Part shown: piece after piece, positions 38,945-48,386 of the stretch | Numbering within the stretch: position 1 is the first letter of the stretch | How the letters are laid out: each line of letters begins with the position of its first letter | Source of the DNA: Lysobacterales bacterium | GTDB taxonomy: Bacteria > Pseudomonadota > Gammaproteobacteria > Xanthomonadales > SZUA-5 | NCBI GenBank assembly: GCA_022844165.1 | Contig: JALHMH010000006.1 | Span: forward strand, 64,001-128,000 | Reading direction: 5' to 3' | Length of the DNA stretch: 64,000 nt | The notes under the pieces: generated by a model | Seen by the model: the letters and a program-made list of their open reading frames with translations, nothing else | Database searches by the model: none | What the model was told of the DNA's origin: nothing | Made by a program: the position numbers and the translations under genes

Positions 38945-40645
38945 ATGCGCTGGATGTTGTTGGCGGCGACGCTTGCTGCGAGTTCAACGGCACACGCTGC
39001 GATTAGCGGCCGGGTGGTGGACGATGTCACGGATGCGCCAATCGCCGGCGCCATTGTTCGCCAGCAGGCCACAGAAGGCCCCAGCACGACGACGAACGCG
39101 GCAGGCGAGTTCACTCTCAATATCACGCCGGCCGATACCGTGCCATTGGGCGCGGCGCTGCCTTACTCGCACAAATCGGCAAACAACTACGTCACCAACA
39201 TCGGCTTTGGCAGCAACGGCCAGACCAATGTCGAAATCCGCTTGCCAAGACTCCCGGCAACCGCAAACCCGAACTACGTGCCCGCCGCCGCCTCGTTGTG
39301 CGGCGCCTGCCACAGCGACCAGCACAAACAGTGGCTGACCTCGCGGCATGCGGGTGCGGCGGTGAACACCTGGGTGCGCGATCTGTTCAGCGGCGACGGT
39401 ACGCCGGGTGGTAGTGCCGGGTACGTCTTCAAAACCTCGCACGATCCTGGCGAGTCCGGTTTATGTGCCAGCTGCCACGCGCCGATGCAGGATGTGTTCA
39501 CGCCGGGGCAGCTGTTGTTCGATGCGATCAATACGCAACCGGGCCTGGACGGCGTCAGTTGCCTGGGTTGCCATCAGCAGGCGCATGTCGACGCCAGTCG
39601 CATCAACGGCATCGCGCACGTCGATGGCAAAGTCAGTTATCGCTTTCCCGACGACAGTGAGCATCCGACCAGTCTGTACGTGTTCGGGCCATTGCCCGAT
39701 GTCGAGACTTCGATCATGCGCAATAGCTTTCGGCCGCAGATTTCGCAGTCGATCGCTTGCGCCGGGTGCCATCAATACAACCGCCCTGAAAATGGCGCGC
39801 CGGGGCAAAATACCTACGCGGAATGGCTGGGCTCGCCGTTTGCGCAACCGGGACCCAATTTCCGGACCTGTCAATCGTGCCATATGCCTAACGAGAGTGG
39901 CCCGGGACCCATCGCCAGCACCGCAGGGTTCGATCGCCCAGCCAGCCAGCGTCATCGTCACGACTTCATCGGCTCGACGCCAACAACGCTCACCGGCGCC
40001 ATATTCTTGCGCGCAACGGCCAACGAAGCGGCAGGCACACTGGTCATCAGTGCCGAGGTTGAGAATCGCGGCGCCGGGCACTCATTCCCAACGGGCTTTT
40101 CGATCCGCAATGCGCTGCTCAGCCTGGATGTGCGCGCCAATGGCCAGCCGTTGCCCCAATCCGGCGGATCAGTGGTGCCGTTTTATGGCAGCGACGATGT
40201 TCCCGGCACGCAGCCGGGCGATCTCGCCGGCCTGCCCGGCAAAGGATTTGCGAAGATCCTCGAAGGCCGCATCAACGATCAAGGCCCAGTCGTGCGTCCG
40301 GTCATCTTCGTCGACGCCGAACGCGCCAGTGAGGACACGACCATTTCCAGCGGCGAAACAGATCGCAGCACCTATACCTTCTCGCTCGCTGGTATTGCGG
40401 CCGGTACGCCGATTACGGTCGATGCCCAGCTGGTTTACCGTCGGGCGTTCCGCGCACTCGCGGTCACCAAGGGCTGGACCACGACAACCTCCGGTGGGCC
40501 GATCGAGATCCTGGTAGGTCGCCAACAGTTGAATCTGGTGGCTCAGGGCACCAGCGCCGTGGGTGTGCCGTTTGTTGGTCGATTCGCGTTGGTGTTGCTG
40601 GGATTGGGCGTGTTGCTCATCGGTCTGTGGGTGACGCGGCGATAG
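38945..40645 (+). CDS. Secreted multiheme (5 x CxxCH) cytochrome c with C-terminal membrane anchor/sorting signal
   Basis: CGACH, CASCH, CLGCH, CAGCH, CQSCH; signal peptide; C-terminal VPFVGRFALVLLGLGVLLIGLWVTRR. Confidence 0.85.
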   Translation: MRWMLLAATLAASSTAHAAISGRVVDDVTDAPIAGAIVRQQATEGPSTTTNAAGEFTLNITPADTVPLGAALPYSHKSANNYVTNIGFGSNGQTNVEIRLPRLPATANPNYVPAAASLCGACHSDQHKQWLTSRHAGAAVNTWVRDLFSGDGTPGGSAGYVFKTSHDPGESGLCASCHAPMQDVFTPGQLLFDAINTQPGLDGVSCLGCHQQAHVDASRINGIAHVDGKVSYRFPDDSEHPTSLYVFGPLPDVETSIMRNSFRPQISQSIACAGCHQYNRPENGAPGQNTYAEWLGSPFAQPGPNFRTCQSCHMPNESGPGPIASTAGFDRPASQRHRHDFIGSTPTTLTGAIFLRATANEAAGTLVISAEVENRGAGHSFPTGFSIRNALLSLDVRANGQPLPQSGGSVVPFYGSDDVPGTQPGDLAGLPGKGFAKILEGRINDQGPVVRPVIFVDAERASEDTTISSGETDRSTYTFSLAGIAAGTPITVDAQLVYRRAFRALAVTKGWTTTTSGGPIEILVGRQQLNLVAQGTSAVGVPFVGRFALVLLGLGVLLIGLWVTRR

Positions 40646-41953
40646 TCAGATCGACAGCAATACGATCGCCACTGCCAGCCCCACCAGCGGCACGATGACC
40701 GTTAGCGCGCCGACCGCCGGATAGGCGTCCTTGTGCGTTTCGCCGCAAATCGCGCGAATGGTGGTGACCACGTAGCCATTGTGCGGCAGTGAGTCCAGCC
40801 CGCCCGAGCTGATCGCCACAACCCGATGCAAAGCTTCTGGGTTGACGCCCTGCGCCAAAAAGTGCGGCGCCAACAATGGCAAGGCGATCGCCTGACCACC
40901 GGAAGCAGAGCCGGTCATGCCGGCGATGACAGCCACCGCAATCGATGCCGCAACCAGTCCATTGCCAGGAATGTGGGTGACGGCATCCACCATGATTGCA
41001 AAGGCCGGCGTCGCTTTCGCGACGGCGCCAAAACCGACCACGGCTGCCGTATTGCCGATCGCGATCAGTGCGCCGATCGCACCATCGCCCAGAGCTTTGC
41101 CGGCATCGCGAAAGCGCCCGAGCATCAGCATCGCTGTCGACAGGCAACCTCCGAGCAGCGCTACGATCAAGGCTGACGTACCGTAGGCCTCGTGCAGCGC
41201 GAAGGACACGCCGAGCACAATCAACAACGGAGCGATCGCCAACATCGGGTGGGGTAAATCCTGGCGTTCGACGGTCGGATCGCTGCTCCGGGCTTCGAAG
41301 CGCTCGCCGCGCGCCTTGGCGCGTTTCAGCATCCACGATAACCACCAGCCACCCAGCACCATCATCAGTATCGCTACCACCAGACTCGCTTCCCACGCCG
41401 CCATATGCGTGGTGCCCAGGTATTGGATGGGTATCCAGTTCTGGATTTCTGGCGAGCCCGCACTGGTCATCGTGAAGGTGACCGAGCCGAAGGCCAAAGC
41501 CGCAGGAATGAAGCGCCGCGGCAAGTCGGCTTCGCGGAACAACGCGACCGCCAGCGGATACACCGAGAACGCAACGACAAAAAGGCTGACACCGCCGTAG
41601 GTCAACACCGCACAGGCCCCGACCACCGCAAAGGCCGCACGCTTGACGCCGATGCGCAACGTCACCGCGCGCGAGACGCTGTCGGCGGCACCCGTGTCCT
41701 CCATCAATTTACCGAACAGTGCGCCGAGCAGGAACATCAAAAACCAGTCGGCGACAAACTTCGAAAAGCCCGCCATATACCGTGTTGCCAGATCGGTGCC
41801 GGCCTCATCGGCCAATGGCGGCAACAAAGGCAGGCCACCGGTGAGCGCAACGATCAGCGCACACAGTGGCGTCGCGATGAACAAGCTCATGCCGCGAATC
41901 GTCAGCACGATCAGCAACGCCAGCCCGCCAATGAGACCCAACATGCTCAGCAT
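40646..41953 (-). CDS. GntP family permease
   Basis: Highly hydrophobic; LTYGGVSLFVV, GSASGG and DSLPHNG motifs. Confidence 0.85.
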   Translation of the reverse strand: MLSMLGLIGGLALLIVLTIRGMSLFIATPLCALIVALTGGLPLLPPLADEAGTDLATRYMAGFSKFVADWFLMFLLGALFGKLMEDTGAADSVSRAVTLRIGVKRAAFAVVGACAVLTYGGVSLFVVAFSVYPLAVALFREADLPRRFIPAALAFGSVTFTMTSAGSPEIQNWIPIQYLGTTHMAAWEASLVVAILMMVLGGWWLSWMLKRAKARGERFEARSSDPTVERQDLPHPMLAIAPLLIVLGVSFALHEAYGTSALIVALLGGCLSTAMLMLGRFRDAGKALGDGAIGALIAIGNTAAVVGFGAVAKATPAFAIMVDAVTHIPGNGLVAASIAVAVIAGMTGSASGGQAIALPLLAPHFLAQGVNPEALHRVVAISSGGLDSLPHNGYVVTTIRAICGETHKDAYPAVGALTVIVPLVGLAVAIVLLSI

Positions 41954-42091
41954 CGAGCAACCCCGCAGCGTTTTTCAGGTGCCGATTCTGTGGACCTTCG
42001 CACAGCGCGAATAACTGTACCAACGGACAAGTGTGCATCACTACGAAGACGACTAGGCTCTGCGGCCACGACACAAAACGGGGAGAACGGT

Positions 42092-44269
42092 ATGCGTCCA
42101 CAGAAAAACGCGCTGACGCTGGCATTGCTGATGGCGCTGTGTGCACCGCCATTGGTCGCGCAAGAGAGCGCCGCCGACGAGAGCAAAAACGATGCGCAGC
42201 GGCTCGCCGAGATCACGGTCACGGCGCGAAAGCGCGAGGAAACCTTGCAAGAGGTGCCGGTCGCGGTGACGGCGTTCAGCGCCACCAAACTCGATGAATT
42301 GAACGTCGAGGATCTGGGCGATCTGGACGCCTTTGTGCCCAATCTCACGGTGTACGCCGCACGCGGTTCCTCGAGCACGATTACGGCATACATCCGCGGC
42401 GTCGGGCAGGCCGATCCACTGTGGGGTGTCGATCCAGGTGTCGGTATCTACCTGGACGATGTGTACATCGCCCGTCCGCAAGGTGCGCTGCTCGATGTGT
42501 TCGATGTGGAGCGTATCGAAGTGCTGCGAGGACCGCAGGGCACGCTGTACGGCAAGAACACCATCGGCGGCGCCATCAAGTACGTGTCCCGGCCGCTTGA
42601 AGAGGACTTCTCCGGGCGCGGCAGCATCACCGTCGGCAGTTATAGCCAACGCGATGGGAAAACCAGCTTCAACGTGCCGCTGGGCGACAGCGGTTTTGTG
42701 ATTCGCGCCGCTGCGGCCGGCCTGAATCGCGATGGTTATGGCGAAAACTTGATTACCGGCGATGACGTCAGCGACAAGAGCATCCTGGCCGGGCGGTTCA
42801 CGCTCGGCTACATCGGCAGCGACCGGTTCTCGCTCAAGCTGACCGCCGATCGCATCGACGATACGAGCGGGATTCGCGCGGCGCAAATGCTGGCGCCGAA
42901 TCGTTTTGCGCCAACGCTGCTGCCACTGGCGTCGCGTTATGACGTACGCAACGGTATGCCGAACATCAACGATACCGAGATGGACGGCTACAGTTTGACC
43001 CTGGACTACGATTTGAACGATAGCTTCACGATCAAATCCGTGACGGCCTATCGCGAGTCGGAGACCGAGACCAATATCGATTTCGATACGTTGCCGAACA
43101 TCATCGCCGACGTGAAGGCCTTTTACGCCGACGAACAGTTCAGTCAGGAACTGCAACTAAACTACGACGGCGGCGGTGCTCTGTCCGCCGTGGCCGGCCT
43201 GTACTTTTTCGACGGCAAAGCCGGCGGCACCGTGCTCAATAATTTCTTCAATTTGTCGTTCGGCAACACCAATGGGGATGTCGATACCGATTCGATCGCC
43301 GTGTACGGTGAGGGCACGTATCGCTTCAACGATCAGTGGGCGCTGACCCTGGGCGGACGATTCACTGACGAAGAAAAGACCGTCGACATTTTCAACCAGA
43401 CCTTCCGCGATGCGAACTTCACGACGCCGCTGGCGACGGTATCGGACCTCAACGACTCGGTCAGTTTCGAGAACTTTTCGCCAAAGGTGTCGCTCGACTT
43501 TCAGGCGACCGACGACATTCTGCTGTATGGCTTAGCCTCGCGCGGCTTTAAGAGTGGCGGCTTTAACATCCGCGCCAACATCGCCGCTGTACCAGCCTCA
43601 GGGCGGCCGTTCGATGACGAGCAGGTCACCACCGTCGAACTCGGCGCGAAGATGGCGTTCGCCGATCAACGCTGGTTCTTGAACGCTGCGTACTTCAATA
43701 GCGACTACAAAGATATCCAACTGTCGATCTTCACCACGATTCCGAACAGCAATCCGCCCGCATTTTTCGGCGACTTCACCAACGCCGGCAAAGCCTCAGT
43801 GCAAGGTTTGGAGTTGGAATTCTTCGGCCAGCTCACTGATCAGTTGACGCTGCAAGGCAATCTCGCCTGGCTCGACGCCGAGTACGACGAGTTCATCAGC
43901 GGCGGCGTGGATGTATCGGATGTCCAGAAGTTTACCAACGCGCCCGAGTACTCCGGCGCCATCGCTTTGCAACACACATTGCCACTCGCGTCCGGTGGCG
44001 AGATCTACTCGCGGATCTCCTACAGCTACCAGGATGATGTGATTCCGACCACCGATCTGAGCCCGGCCATCGCACAAAAGGGCTACGGATTGATCGGTGC
44101 CAGCGTGATCTGGCAGGTCGACGATCATTGGCGTGTGAGTCTGGAAGGCAACAATCTGGCCGACGAGGAATATCGCACCACCGGTTACAACATTCCCGCG
44201 TTGGGCATTCTCACCGGCTTTTATGGCCCACCGCGAACCTGGGCCCTGACGGCGAGTTACCAGTTCTGA
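42092..44269 (+). CDS. TonB-dependent receptor
   Basis: Signal peptide, EITVTARKREE, IEVLRGPQGTLYG and C-terminal Phe. Confidence 0.93.
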   Translation: MRPQKNALTLALLMALCAPPLVAQESAADESKNDAQRLAEITVTARKREETLQEVPVAVTAFSATKLDELNVEDLGDLDAFVPNLTVYAARGSSSTITAYIRGVGQADPLWGVDPGVGIYLDDVYIARPQGALLDVFDVERIEVLRGPQGTLYGKNTIGGAIKYVSRPLEEDFSGRGSITVGSYSQRDGKTSFNVPLGDSGFVIRAAAAGLNRDGYGENLITGDDVSDKSILAGRFTLGYIGSDRFSLKLTADRIDDTSGIRAAQMLAPNRFAPTLLPLASRYDVRNGMPNINDTEMDGYSLTLDYDLNDSFTIKSVTAYRESETETNIDFDTLPNIIADVKAFYADEQFSQELQLNYDGGGALSAVAGLYFFDGKAGGTVLNNFFNLSFGNTNGDVDTDSIAVYGEGTYRFNDQWALTLGGRFTDEEKTVDIFNQTFRDANFTTPLATVSDLNDSVSFENFSPKVSLDFQATDDILLYGLASRGFKSGGFNIRANIAAVPASGRPFDDEQVTTVELGAKMAFADQRWFLNAAYFNSDYKDIQLSIFTTIPNSNPPAFFGDFTNAGKASVQGLELEFFGQLTDQLTLQGNLAWLDAEYDEFISGGVDVSDVQKFTNAPEYSGAIALQHTLPLASGGEIYSRISYSYQDDVIPTTDLSPAIAQKGYGLIGASVIWQVDDHWRVSLEGNNLADEEYRTTGYNIPALGILTGFYGPPRTWALTASYQF

Positions 44270-44283
44270 TCGGGTGATCGGCT

Positions 44284-44311
44284 GACGGCGGGTCGCTTGC
44301 GACTCGCCGTC
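44284..44311. terminator. Hairpin between convergent genes
   Basis: GACGGCGGGTCGC-TT-GCGACTCGCCGTC stem between the TBDR and iscA-like stop codons. Confidence 0.5.
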
Positions 44312-44342
44312 CGCTCCTTCACGGTCGCGAAGCCGCCCTGTT

Positions 44343-44681
44343 TCAGATCGCGGCTCGCTCAACGGAAAAACTCTCACCGCAGCCGCATTCGCCGGCTACG
44401 TTTGGGTTCTTGAACACAAATACTCGGTTCAGTCCCTGACGCGCAAAGTCGATTTGCGTGCCATCCAGCAGCGGCAGCGCGCTCTTGTCGACGACCACCT
44501 TGAGTTCCTCCTGATCGAACACGGCATCGTTATCGCTGGCACCTGTGGCCACGTCCACGGTGTAGGCCCAGCCGCTGCAGCCAGTCTTGCGCACACCAAA
44601 GCGCAGGCCAATGCCGCCTTGTTCGCCAACCATGTACTGACGAACGCGTGAGGCCGCCGCCGGGGTGAGGGTAATCGCCAT
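44343..44681 (-). CDS. HesB/IscA family iron-sulfur cluster assembly protein
   Basis: GCSG and CGCGESF motifs. Confidence 0.9.
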   Translation of the reverse strand: MAITLTPAAASRVRQYMVGEQGGIGLRFGVRKTGCSGWAYTVDVATGASDNDAVFDQEELKVVVDKSALPLLDGTQIDFARQGLNRVFVFKNPNVAGECGCGESFSVERAAI

Positions 44682-44767
44682 GGGTGTTCTCTCTGTCAAA
44701 TTGCGCGTTGGCGCCTATTATCCGCGCCTTCACTGTTATGCGGCGTTTTCGCGAAGGATTCAAGGTT

Positions 44768-46168
44768 ATGACATGGGTCACGGTCAAAGCGGCATTGTCG
44801 GGCGTTCATGCGGAAGGAACGCCGGTGACGGTGAAGGGATGGGTGCGTACGCGTCGCGACAGCAAAGCCGGCATTTCCTTTGTGCAAGTTAACGACGGCA
44901 GTTGTCAGGGCAATGTGCAGTTGGTAGTCCCTGCCACATTGCCGAACTACACCAGCGACATCTTGCACCTGACCGCGGGTTGTTCGATTGAGGCGGACGG
45001 CACCTTGGTGCGCTCGATGGGACAGGGCCAGGCCTTCGAGATTCAGGCCAGCAGCGTTCGCCTGATCGGCGGCGTCGACGATCCCGAGACGTATCCGATT
45101 CAACCCAAAGCCCATTCCTACGAGTTCTTGCGCGAGGTTGCGCATCTGCGCCCGCGCACCAACACCTTTGGCGCGGTCACGCGCGTGCGCCACACGATTG
45201 CGCAAGCCATTCATCGTTTTTTCGATCAGAACGGCTTTTATTGGGTCAACACGCCGATCATTACCGCCAGCGATTGCGAAGGTGCGGGACAGCTGTTCCG
45301 CGTGTCGACGCTGGATTTGATGAACCTGCCGCGCGGCGACACCGGCAAGGTCGACTTTGCCCAGGACTTCTTCGGCAAAGAGGCCTACCTCACCGTGTCC
45401 GGTCAACTGGCGGTAGAGGCGTATTGTCTGGCGCTCAGCAAGGTCTACACCTTCGGACCCACGTTTCGCGCCGAAAACTCGAACACCCCGCGGCATCTGG
45501 CAGAGTTCTGGATGATCGAGCCGGAGATCGCGTTCGCTGACTTGAACGACGACGCGGCGCTGGCCGAAGCGCTGCTGAAGTCGGTGTTCAAAGACGTACT
45601 CGATCGCTGTGGCGAGGATCTGAAGTTTTTCGATGATCGTGTGCAGAAAGGTGTCACTGCGCGCCTGGAGCAGATGATTGCCAGCGAGTTCGTCCGCCTG
45701 GATTATGGCGATGCAGTCAAGGCGCTCGAGGCAAGCGGCAAGACCTTTGAGTATCCCGTGCACTGGGGCGCCGATCTGCAAACCGAACATGAGCGCTGGC
45801 TCACCGAAGAACACGTAGGTCGTCCGGTGGTGGTCATGAACTATCCCGAGCAAATCAAGGCCTTCTATATGCGCCTGAACGACGATGGCAAAACCGTCGC
45901 AGCGATGGATGTGCTGGCGCCCGGCATTGGCGAGATCATCGGTGGCAGCCAACGTGAGGAGCGGCTGGATCGGCTCGACGCGCGCATGATCCAGTTCGGA
46001 CTGGAGCCGCACGCGTACCAATGGTATCGCGACTTTCGCCGCTACGGCTCGGTGCCGCATGCCGGTTTTGGCTTAGGCTTCGAGCGACTGATCGCTTACG
46101 TCACCGGCATGAGTAACATCCGAGACGTGATTCCGTATCCAAGGACCCCGGGGAACGCAGCGTTCTGA
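44768..46168 (+). CDS. asnS: Asparagine--tRNA ligase
   Basis: [30 protein letters not shown] and GFGLGFER. Confidence 0.96.
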   Translation: MTWVTVKAALSGVHAEGTPVTVKGWVRTRRDSKAGISFVQVNDGSCQGNVQLVVPATLPNYTSDILHLTAGCSIEADGTLVRSMGQGQAFEIQASSVRLIGGVDDPETYPIQPKAHSYEFLREVAHLRPRTNTFGAVTRVRHTIAQAIHRFFDQNGFYWVNTPIITASDCEGAGQLFRVSTLDLMNLPRGDTGKVDFAQDFFGKEAYLTVSGQLAVEAYCLALSKVYTFGPTFRAENSNTPRHLAEFWMIEPEIAFADLNDDAALAEALLKSVFKDVLDRCGEDLKFFDDRVQKGVTARLEQMIASEFVRLDYGDAVKALEASGKTFEYPVHWGADLQTEHERWLTEEHVGRPVVVMNYPEQIKAFYMRLNDDGKTVAAMDVLAPGIGEIIGGSQREERLDRLDARMIQFGLEPHAYQWYRDFRRYGSVPHAGFGLGFERLIAYVTGMSNIRDVIPYPRTPGNAAF

Positions 46169-46252
46169 TCTCTGGCGCGTGCGTCAACAGCCAAAGGCCG
46201 GTTCGCAGCAGACTTCACTCGATCGCCCAGATCACGCCATCAGCGAGCGCAC

Positions 46253-48067
46253 ATGAAAAGACTACTCAAATGGAGCGGCGGCATCGTGCTGCTGCTGTTG
46301 CTTCTGGCAAGCGCATTGTTGTTGCACACCATCTACGCCAAACCGCTGAAAATCGGCTGGTTCTTCGAACGGGTATTTCTCGAGTTTGCGCTCGACGATC
46401 CGGAAATGTTGAGCCGCATTCGCGTGCTGGAACCGATCGGAATTCGCGGCCATAACAGCCGGTTGACCGACGCTTCGCCGGAACGCGAGCAGGCGCTGCG
46501 CGAAAAGCTCAACGCCGATTACGCCATGCTCAAGCGCTACGACCGCGACAAGCTCGATCCGGAGACCCAGCTTTCGTACGACATACTCGATTACTTCCTC
46601 GGGCTGCAAGTTCGCGGCGAAGCCTTCGCACACTACAACTTTCCGGTCAATCAGATGTTCGGTGTGCAAAGCTCTCTGCCGAATTTTTTTGCCGATGTCC
46701 ATCAAGTCAGGTCGAAACGCGATGCGGAGGACTATCTGACGCGAATGACCCAGGTGGATACCAAGTTTCAACAGGTTCTCGAGGGACTGAAGTTACGCGA
46801 GGAGAAGGGCATCCTGCCGCCGCGATTCACGGTGGAAAAAGTCCTGGAGCAGATGCGTGGTTTCCGCGGCACGCCGGTACGCGAAAACGTGATGGTCAAA
46901 ACGTTCATCGACAAACTCGGAAAATCGACCGACATCAGCGCGGCTGACAAGACCTCTTTCGAGACCGAAGCGATCCAGGCGATGGAGGCACACGTGCTTC
47001 CAGGCTACGACCGTTTGATTTCGTACTACGAAAACCTGCTCACCAAAGTCACCAGCAACGATGGCGTCTGGCGCCTGCCGGACGGCGACAAGTTTTATGC
47101 GCATGCCATCGAGATGCATACGACGGCGCCAATGGATGCCGACAAATTGCATTGGACCGGCGTGGAGGAAGTGGCCCGCATCCACGGGGAAATGGACCAG
47201 ATCCTGCGAGACGCCGGTTATGTCGACGGCACTGTCGGTGAGCGCATGGCGCGCTTGGGGAAAGACCCGGCGCAGTTGTATCCCGACTCTGCCGAGGGTA
47301 AGGAGATGATCCTGGCCGACTTCCGCCGCGTGATCGAGGAAATCAATCATGGCCTGGAGCCGTATTTCGACGTGCGCCCCAGAGCCAGCGTTGAAGTCAG
47401 ACCGGTGCCCGCGTTCAGCGAAAAAACCGCGCCCGGCGCGTACTACCAAGGGCCCGCGATGGACGGCTCAAGGCCGGGCGTGTTTTATCTGAACCTGCGC
47501 AAGACCGAGGAAATCACGCGTTTTGGTGTGCGCACGCTCGCGTATCACGAGGCCATCCCAGGTCACCATTTCCAAGTGGCGATCATGCAGGAGCTCAAGG
47601 GTGTACCCACGTTCCGGCGCTTGTTGCCGTTCACCGCTTACTCCGAAGGCTGGGCGCTCTATACCGAGCTGTTAGCGTGGGAAGCGGGGTTTCAGGATAA
47701 CCCTCTCGATAATCTGGGGCGACTGCAAGCAGAACTGTTCCGCGCCGTGCGCCTGGTCGTCGATACCGGTATGCATGCCAAACGCTGGAGTCGCGAACAG
47801 GCCATTGAGTACATGCTTGGCGCGACGGGCATGTCGGAAACCGACGTCGTCGCCGAGATCGAACGTTATCTCGTCAATCCTGGACAGGCGCTCGCGTACA
47901 AAGTCGGCATGATGAAAATCGTCGAATTGCGCGATCGCGCCCGGGAGAAACTCGGGGAGCGCTTTGACGTGCGCGAGTTCCACAACGTTGTGCTGACCGG
48001 CGGCGCAATGCCTTTGGCGATCCTTGAGCGGCGCGTGGACGCCTGGATCGCCGCGAAGGGCGCGTAG
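46253..48067 (+). CDS. DUF885 family protein (putative metallopeptidase)
   Basis: HEAIPGHHFQ, EGWALY and PGQALAYKVG motifs. Confidence 0.88.
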   Translation: MKRLLKWSGGIVLLLLLLASALLLHTIYAKPLKIGWFFERVFLEFALDDPEMLSRIRVLEPIGIRGHNSRLTDASPEREQALREKLNADYAMLKRYDRDKLDPETQLSYDILDYFLGLQVRGEAFAHYNFPVNQMFGVQSSLPNFFADVHQVRSKRDAEDYLTRMTQVDTKFQQVLEGLKLREEKGILPPRFTVEKVLEQMRGFRGTPVRENVMVKTFIDKLGKSTDISAADKTSFETEAIQAMEAHVLPGYDRLISYYENLLTKVTSNDGVWRLPDGDKFYAHAIEMHTTAPMDADKLHWTGVEEVARIHGEMDQILRDAGYVDGTVGERMARLGKDPAQLYPDSAEGKEMILADFRRVIEEINHGLEPYFDVRPRASVEVRPVPAFSEKTAPGAYYQGPAMDGSRPGVFYLNLRKTEEITRFGVRTLAYHEAIPGHHFQVAIMQELKGVPTFRRLLPFTAYSEGWALYTELLAWEAGFQDNPLDNLGRLQAELFRAVRLVVDTGMHAKRWSREQAIEYMLGATGMSETDVVAEIERYLVNPGQALAYKVGMMKIVELRDRAREKLGERFDVREFHNVVLTGGAMPLAILERRVDAWIAAKGA

Positions 48068-48185
48068 CAAAGACACAAACGGATTGGGCGCCGCCGCCGT
48101 CCGCTTTGGCCGGCGCATCGCTCGCGAGCCGCCGTGTTCGGCTTGGCACACGCCAAGCGGCGTGTCAGCGCCAACCCTTACTCCC

Positions 48186-48318
48186 TTAACCCGCATATTT
48201 CATGAGGTCGCGACGAAATGGCCTGATTTCGTTGCAAATGCGCGGAAATCTTCGATTTGTTGGAATCGCAGGCTGTCCGCTGCCATTTCCTCGCGACCTC
48301 ATGAAACATGCGAGTTAA
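48186..48318. mobile_element. MITE-like element with 37-bp terminal inverted repeats
   Basis: 48186-48222 versus 48282-48318: 34/37 complementary, with TTAA at both ends; related copy at 61637-61735. Confidence 0.72.
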
Positions 48319-48386
48319 TTCGGGGGGACTGCAAAAGCCAAAGCTGCTCCCGGAGAATTCGACTCAAACGACAAGATTCCGCTCCG

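Noticed and set aside
41405-42091. Long N-terminal extension of the TonB-dependent receptor ORF
   Set aside because: Overlaps the GntP gene on the other strand; the signal peptide and RBS indicate a start at 42092.
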